Shown: one piece after another, positions 59,777 through 64,000 of the stretch
Numbering within the stretch: position 1 is the first letter of the stretch
How the letters are laid out: the number at the start of each line of letters is the position of its first letter
Assembly (NCBI GenBank): GCA_000993405.1
Contig: LBWB01000001.1
Span: 5,229 to 69,228 of the forward strand
Length of the DNA: 64,000 nucleotides
Source: Candidatus Woesebacteria bacterium GW2011_GWB1_39_12
GTDB taxonomy: Bacteria > Patescibacteriota > Microgenomatia > UBA8517
Reading direction: 5' to 3'
The notes under the pieces: generated by a model
Databases searched by the model: none
Told to the model about the DNA's origin: nothing
Seen by the model: the letters and a program-made list of their open reading frames with translations, nothing else
Translations under genes and position numbers: made by a program

Positions 59777-59823
59777 GATTGACGATGTAATAGCTAATTT
59801 ACGTAACTATGGGGTTTTGCGGT

Positions 59824-60573
59824 TTAACCTTTCTTGGCAAGAATGAAGATTGATGGACCAAAACTGATTTTAGCAAGTAGGGTTTGAAGATATTTTTCAA
59901 AAAATAAGAGGGTTTCTTTAGGTAAATATTTCTTGAAAAATAGACTTCTAATATTAGAGACAGACCTTTCTTCTAATATGCTGAAGCCATATTTTTTTAA
60001 GAATTCTCTAATCGTATCGGGGTGATAGTTTTTGAAAGGAATACTATTTTTTTTAGTTTTTTTGCCTGTAACATCTTTGGGGAATATATCCAGCCAGAAG
60101 GTAAAATTTCCACGAAAAAATTCTGAAAATGTTGCTTTGAGGTGTCTTTTATTGGCAAACTCAATTATTAAGTAGCCGTTTTTTTTGATTAGTTTTTCGA
60201 TAACGGCAAAAGTTTCCTCCAGATTTTCCATATGGTGAAGTACTCTGACAAGAATAATAAGGTCCATTGACTTTCTTTTTAATTTTGTGGGCAGATTTTC
60301 AAGGCAAGAATGAATAAATTTAATTTTTTTGCTTTTAAAATTACCTCTTGCGATCTTTAGAAGTCTGCCGGAAGGGTCAGATAAAATTATGTGAGTGGCT
60401 CGATAAATATAAGATGGAGTGAGTCTTCCGTAACCAGTTCCTATTTCAAGAATTGACTCAATTTTTGGAATTTTTTTTAGAAAAGACTTTATGGCATATA
60501 TCTCTGCTTCGTGTTCATATTCTCGCCCTTCCCAGTAGGAAGGATAATCGTATGTGTCATAATGCGCGGTCAT
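59824..60573 (-). CDS. class I SAM-dependent methyltransferase
   Basis: ILEIGTGYGRL, VRVLHH, GYLIIE. Confidence 0.9.
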   Translation of the reverse strand: MTAHYDTYDYPSYWEGREYEHEAEIYAIKSFLKKIPKIESILEIGTGYGRLTPSYIYRATHIILSDPSGRLLKIARGNFKSKKIKFIHSCLENLPTKLKRKSMDLIILVRVLHHMENLEETFAVIEKLIKKNGYLIIEFANKRHLKATFSEFFRGNFTFWLDIFPKDVTGKKTKKNSIPFKNYHPDTIREFLKKYGFSILEERSVSNIRSLFFKKYLPKETLLFFEKYLQTLLAKISFGPSIFILAKKG

Positions 60574-60649
60574 AATAAAAGGTGGTCAGTGATTAGTGAT
60601 TGGTGATTAGCAAATAGAATTTTAGCAGAGTTTGTAAAGATTGGTAAAC

Positions 60650-61273
60650 TTACTTCATCTGATTCATGTAAAAAGAAACTCCCTCGGCCCAGGTTGTAGA
60701 GGAAGGGTGGGCATATTTTTCCATGATTTCCTCAACGGTGACATAACCAAGATCGATGTAATTTTCCTTTAATCCTTTTGAAACGGTTTCAATAGCCTCT
60801 TCGTAAGAGTCAAAGCCAAGAGTTCCTTCGCTATGGATTCCCCAACCCCAGCAATTATGGCTTCCTTCCGGTATTACTCTGCAGAGACCAGATTCTTTCT
60901 GGGCTATTGCGGAAAGTAGTCGGAAGTCAAGGCCGTATCTATCTGCTGTTTGAACGATAAAATCAGCATAAGAAAAAAGTGGAGAGTTGTTCGCCCCCAA
61001 GTATTCTCTTATGATTTCACTTCTGGCATCTGCCCCCGTTACTTCACCCGTGATAGAGGGTGTACTGTCGGGTAAGGAAGCATAAACCTGGACTCCGGGT
61101 TTTGGCGAATCAATGAAATTAAGTGACTGGGCTGATTTTGTTGTGGATTCGGAACCTGAGATTGCGAAAAGTGCCAGAACGCTTGCAAATAAGGTAATCG
61201 GGGTTATGGTAAAAAAAACAAATGTCAGAATAAGCTTTTTGAAGAATGAATCGGAAGTTTGGTGGGTTTCCAT
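60650..61273 (-). CDS. second lysozyme-like/glucosaminidase protein
   Basis: DFRLLSAIAQKESGL..HNCWGWG..KYAHP; paralogue of 59134-59649. Confidence 0.8.
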   Translation of the reverse strand: METHQTSDSFFKKLILTFVFFTITPITLFASVLALFAISGSESTTKSAQSLNFIDSPKPGVQVYASLPDSTPSITGEVTGADARSEIIREYLGANNSPLFSYADFIVQTADRYGLDFRLLSAIAQKESGLCRVIPEGSHNCWGWGIHSEGTLGFDSYEEAIETVSKGLKENYIDLGYVTVEEIMEKYAHPSSTTWAEGVSFYMNQMK

Positions 61274-61354
61274 AAGGGTTTTAAATCCTACGTCAGAATG
61301 CCACAGTTTAGGTCATAAAGTCAAGTAACCCGTGTTTAAATTTTAAATACTTTG

Positions 61355-61426
61355 TGAGCCGCGGAGGATTCGGACCTCCAACCTTTTCCTTAAGAGGGAA
61401 TTGCTCTACCATTGAGCTAGCGGCCC
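61355..61426 (-). tRNA. tRNA-Lys(CTT)
   Basis: gggccgc/gcggctc acceptor; loop ctCTTaa; T-loop TCCGAAT. Confidence 0.85.
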
Positions 61427-61436
61427 TCGTCCTTTT

Positions 61437-61465
61437 CAAACTTTCTTTTAGTAAAAGAAAGTTTG
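61437..61465. repeat. near-perfect 29-bp palindrome
   Basis: caaactttctttta-g-taaaagaaagtttg. Confidence 0.8.
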
Positions 61466-61569
61466 GCAAAGAAAATAATACAGTTTCTTCACCAATCCTC
61501 CTCTCAAAATTGCAGGGCAATTTTGTTTAGATTAAAGAAATTACGGTATCTATTTTAACAAATTTGAAT

Positions 61570-62832
61570 CTATTTTGCGAATTCTGTAGAAAAAACTGCG
61601 ACAGACGTTTCTCCGGGTTCGATGTCCGAGAATATTGTCTTAGGTTCAAGTTCGATATCCAAATTAAATTTACTCGATCTGATTTTTTCATCCCCGTTCC
61701 AGATAGTCTGACCTTTGTTTTTAATTAGCGCGATGCCGCCTTCTAACCTCCCGTTGCTTGGGAAAATGGGGGGAAAAATTATTGACAGAACGTCAATAGA
61801 GACAACTTGTACGGGTTTACCTTGTTTTTTAGGCAATTTTTGCATCTCGTAATAAAATTCATAAAAGCTTCCGTCCTTTTTCTTCCAGGAAAATATGTCA
61901 AAAGGTGGAGTTTGATAGTTTAGAATAAAAGGAGTCACCGCGACGACTCTTTCGTCGTTCCAGGCAAGCTCAAAGGCACCTTTCAGATTGTCTGTGGTGC
62001 TTTTTGTGTCTTTGTAGCCGTTAGAATTAGATTCCATGTCGTGAGCCCAGCCCGTTTCGGTTATGAATATTGGTAGTTTTTTGCTAACGCCCATTTTTTC
62101 CAATAATTTAAGTTCCCACTCAAAAGTGAGAACAGTCCCTCGGCCCACATCATCCTGGGAACCTGAAAAGTTGGGATTTGGGTATGAGTGTGAAGCCCAG
62201 CCGTCAACATTATTAAAAACATCAGGGTTATGAGAAATCATTTTTGTGAGAAATTCAGTCTCGCTCATTGTGTCTTTAGCGTTAGGCGCTGAAGCGTCAA
62301 ATCCGGCCGGAAGGATAAAAAAATCTTGATTTTGGGATTTAAGTTTATTAGAGAAAACCTCCAAGTAATCGGCATATTCTTCAGGATTAATTTCACCACC
62401 CCATTCTTTGGCGTGATTTGGTTCATTACCGATAACAACGTATCTGTTTTTGACGACCCAGTTAAGAGAACTGAGGAACGATACCCAACCGTCGATTTCG
62501 TCGAAACTCGGCTTTTCCCAACCATCTTCCATTTGTTTTGTGGCAATTCTTACAATTGGGATTAGATGAAGCCGGCGCATTTTATCGAATACTTTTTGCC
62601 AGCGCTTTGAATCTCGCTCGTCGGATCTTATGACAAAAGTCACGTATCCCCAGTCCCCGCCTCCCGAATTTACTAATTTAGCCGCATCTTCAAGATCATT
62701 TTCATCCAGAATGTGAATACCGAAAGAATTATTTGGAACGGACAAAGGATTTTCAGCAGCCTTTATATTGGTACTAGAAATTAAAATAAGAATTACTGTT
62801 ATCGTGAACACTCGTATTATTTTTTTTAGCAT
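61570..62832 (-). CDS. exported clan GH-A glycoside hydrolase-like protein
   Basis: GNEPN, SHSYP, ITETGW. Confidence 0.8.
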   Translation of the reverse strand: MLKKIIRVFTITVILILISSTNIKAAENPLSVPNNSFGIHILDENDLEDAAKLVNSGGGDWGYVTFVIRSDERDSKRWQKVFDKMRRLHLIPIVRIATKQMEDGWEKPSFDEIDGWVSFLSSLNWVVKNRYVVIGNEPNHAKEWGGEINPEEYADYLEVFSNKLKSQNQDFFILPAGFDASAPNAKDTMSETEFLTKMISHNPDVFNNVDGWASHSYPNPNFSGSQDDVGRGTVLTFEWELKLLEKMGVSKKLPIFITETGWAHDMESNSNGYKDTKSTTDNLKGAFELAWNDERVVAVTPFILNYQTPPFDIFSWKKKDGSFYEFYYEMQKLPKKQGKPVQVVSIDVLSIIFPPIFPSNGRLEGGIALIKNKGQTIWNGDEKIRSSKFNLDIELEPKTIFSDIEPGETSVAVFSTEFAK

Positions 62833-62909
62833 ATCTAACTATTCTACAGGGTTATTTCCAGCTTCTAAAGCTGGTATCGGTTTGATATAATAACGGCACG
62901 GTTGGGTAT

Positions 62910-62994
62910 GCCCTCGTGGCGGAACTGGCAGACGCGCAGCGTTCAGAACGCTGTCTCGTTTAACGAGGTAGGGGTTCAAATCCTCTCGAGGGCA
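62910..62994 (+). tRNA. tRNA-Leu(CAG)
   Basis: cagcg-ttCAGaa-cgctg, long variable arm. Confidence 0.92.
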
Positions 62995-63001
62995 CTACTA
63001 C

Positions 63002-63083
63002 GCGCGGGTGGCGAAATTGGTAGACGCGTACGCCTAAGGAGCGTATGGAGCAATCCTTGCAGGTTCAAGTCCTGTCCCGCGCA
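63002..63083 (+). tRNA. tRNA-Leu(AAG)
   Basis: gcgcggg/cccgcgc; tacgc-ctAAGga-gcgta; variable arm; A73. Confidence 0.9.
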
Positions 63084-63130
63084 CTACGCGGTCGCTTTCA
63101 TCGTAAGATGTAAGAGACCGAATGAAATGA

Positions 63131-63204
63131 GGTCGCTTAGCTCAGTTGGTTAGAGCGTTCGGTTTACATCCGAAAGGTCGGGGGTTCGATCCCCTCAGCG
63201 ACCA
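63131..63204 (+). tRNA. tRNA-Val(TAC)
   Basis: ttcgg-ttTACat-ccgaa. Confidence 0.93.
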
Positions 63205-63277
63205 CTAGTCTTTCCCTATTATATTTTGTTAGAATAACGGAAATTGAGCCGAGTTAGCCAAGGGGGTGACAATCTAA

Positions 63278-63535
63278 GTGACTGACGAAAGAATAACTGG
63301 AGAAAACACAATTAGTCATACAGCTTTTATGTATGACGCAACGAAGCCTTTACGTTCATTGCAAGAGTTAGCGAAAATTGAAGGTGTTGAAGGTAAAGGT
63401 GCAAGAACGGTTCTGGCCTCCCTTGAGTTAGAAAAAAATTTAAAACAGCTAAACGAAGGTGAATGTGGGGGTCATTTAACGACCGAGGAATCAATTAGAC
63501 TTGGAATACAGATTGCAGAACAAGGAGGTCATTAA
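63278..63535 (+). CDS. hypothetical protein inside tRNA cluster
   Basis: 85-aa ORF between a partial and the full tRNA-Phe 5' end. Confidence 0.6.
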   Translation: MTDERITGENTISHTAFMYDATKPLRSLQELAKIEGVEGKGARTVLASLELEKNLKQLNEGECGGHLTTEESIRLGIQIAEQGGH

Positions 63536-63550
63536 ATTAGATAACTATCG

Positions 63551-63623
63551 GCCGAGTTAGCCAAGGTGGTCACGGCGGGCGCCTGAAGAGCGTCAGATCT
63601 CAGTTCGACTCTGAGACTCGGCA
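63551..63623 (+). tRNA. tRNA-Phe(GAA)
   Basis: gccgagt/actcggc; ggcgc-ctGAAga-gcgtc. Confidence 0.9.
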
Positions 63624-63691
63624 CCGTGCGGGAGTAGCTCAGTGGTAAGCAAAGCTTGGCCACTTTACTACTCTCCTCGAAACAGGTTTCT

Positions 63692-63763
63692 GCGGGAGTA
63701 GCTCAGTGGTAGAGCGTCTCGTTGCCAACGAGAAGGCCGCGGGTTCAATCCCCGTCTCCCGCT
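63692..63763 (+). tRNA. tRNA-Gly(GCC)
   Basis: gcgggag/ctcccgc; tctcg-ttGCCaa-cgaga; U73. Confidence 0.93.
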
Positions 63764-63830
63764 CAAATTAAAAAAGCTTCTTATTGCTCATTTAACCCTC
63801 CTATATTAGAATCAGTCTTAAGGTTTTTGA

Positions 63831-64000
63831 ATGAAAATTAAATCAAATCTTAATTGGGAGAGAATTCACAGGTTTCAGAAAAAGGAAGGATGGTGCGGTC
63901 CGGCTGTCATACAAATGATTCTTCTTTCGGGAGGTATTCGTAAAACCCAACGCTCAATTGCACAAGCTGTTTATAAAGAGTGGTGGGGAACGGACCAGCA
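63831..64000 (+). CDS. C39-like cysteine peptidase (partial)
   Basis: Manual translation MKIKSNLNWERIHRFQKKEGWCGPAVIQMIL..TQRSIA..GT. Confidence 0.7.
   Translation, partial: MKIKSNLNWERIHRFQKKEGWCGPAVIQMILLSGGIRKTQRSIAQAVYKEWWGTDQ

Noticed and set aside
61308-63153. ORFs 61308-61520 and 62902-63153 (also 39437-39697, 58871-59177)
   Set aside because: Overlap tRNA genes; likely spurious

Overview
AT-rich bacterial chromosome segment (standard code; TGA is used as stop). Gene content suggests Patescibacteria/CPR, Microgenomates-like (inference): a type IV pilus locus without secretin, short trigger factor, short HolB and PheT, and an H+-pyrophosphatase. It holds gyrA/gyrB, a 14-gene type IV pilus cluster, rpmF-nusB-acp-rnc-rpsP-khpA, recG, tyrS, a class A PBP, thrS-infC-rpmI-rplT-pheS-pheT interrupted by extra genes, two M20 hydrolases, a Y-family polymerase, cell-wall/glycoside hydrolases and 9 tRNA genes. 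Signals missing from the ORF track: (1) three leader-peptide transcription attenuators with a full 1:2/2:3/3:4 layout, before thrS (Thr4 leader), pheS (Phe leader) and an orphan 657-aa protein + M20 operon, plus a fourth promoter-uORF-terminator leader; (2) many 7-nt-period tandem repeats that form intergenic hairpins and sit in frame in prepilin leaders and enzyme loops; (3) short duplications of the gyrB 3' end and of three tRNA 5' ends around small inserts; (4) a tRNA-Leu with an AAG anticodon. All coordinates, pairings and family calls were read by eye; no database searches were run.
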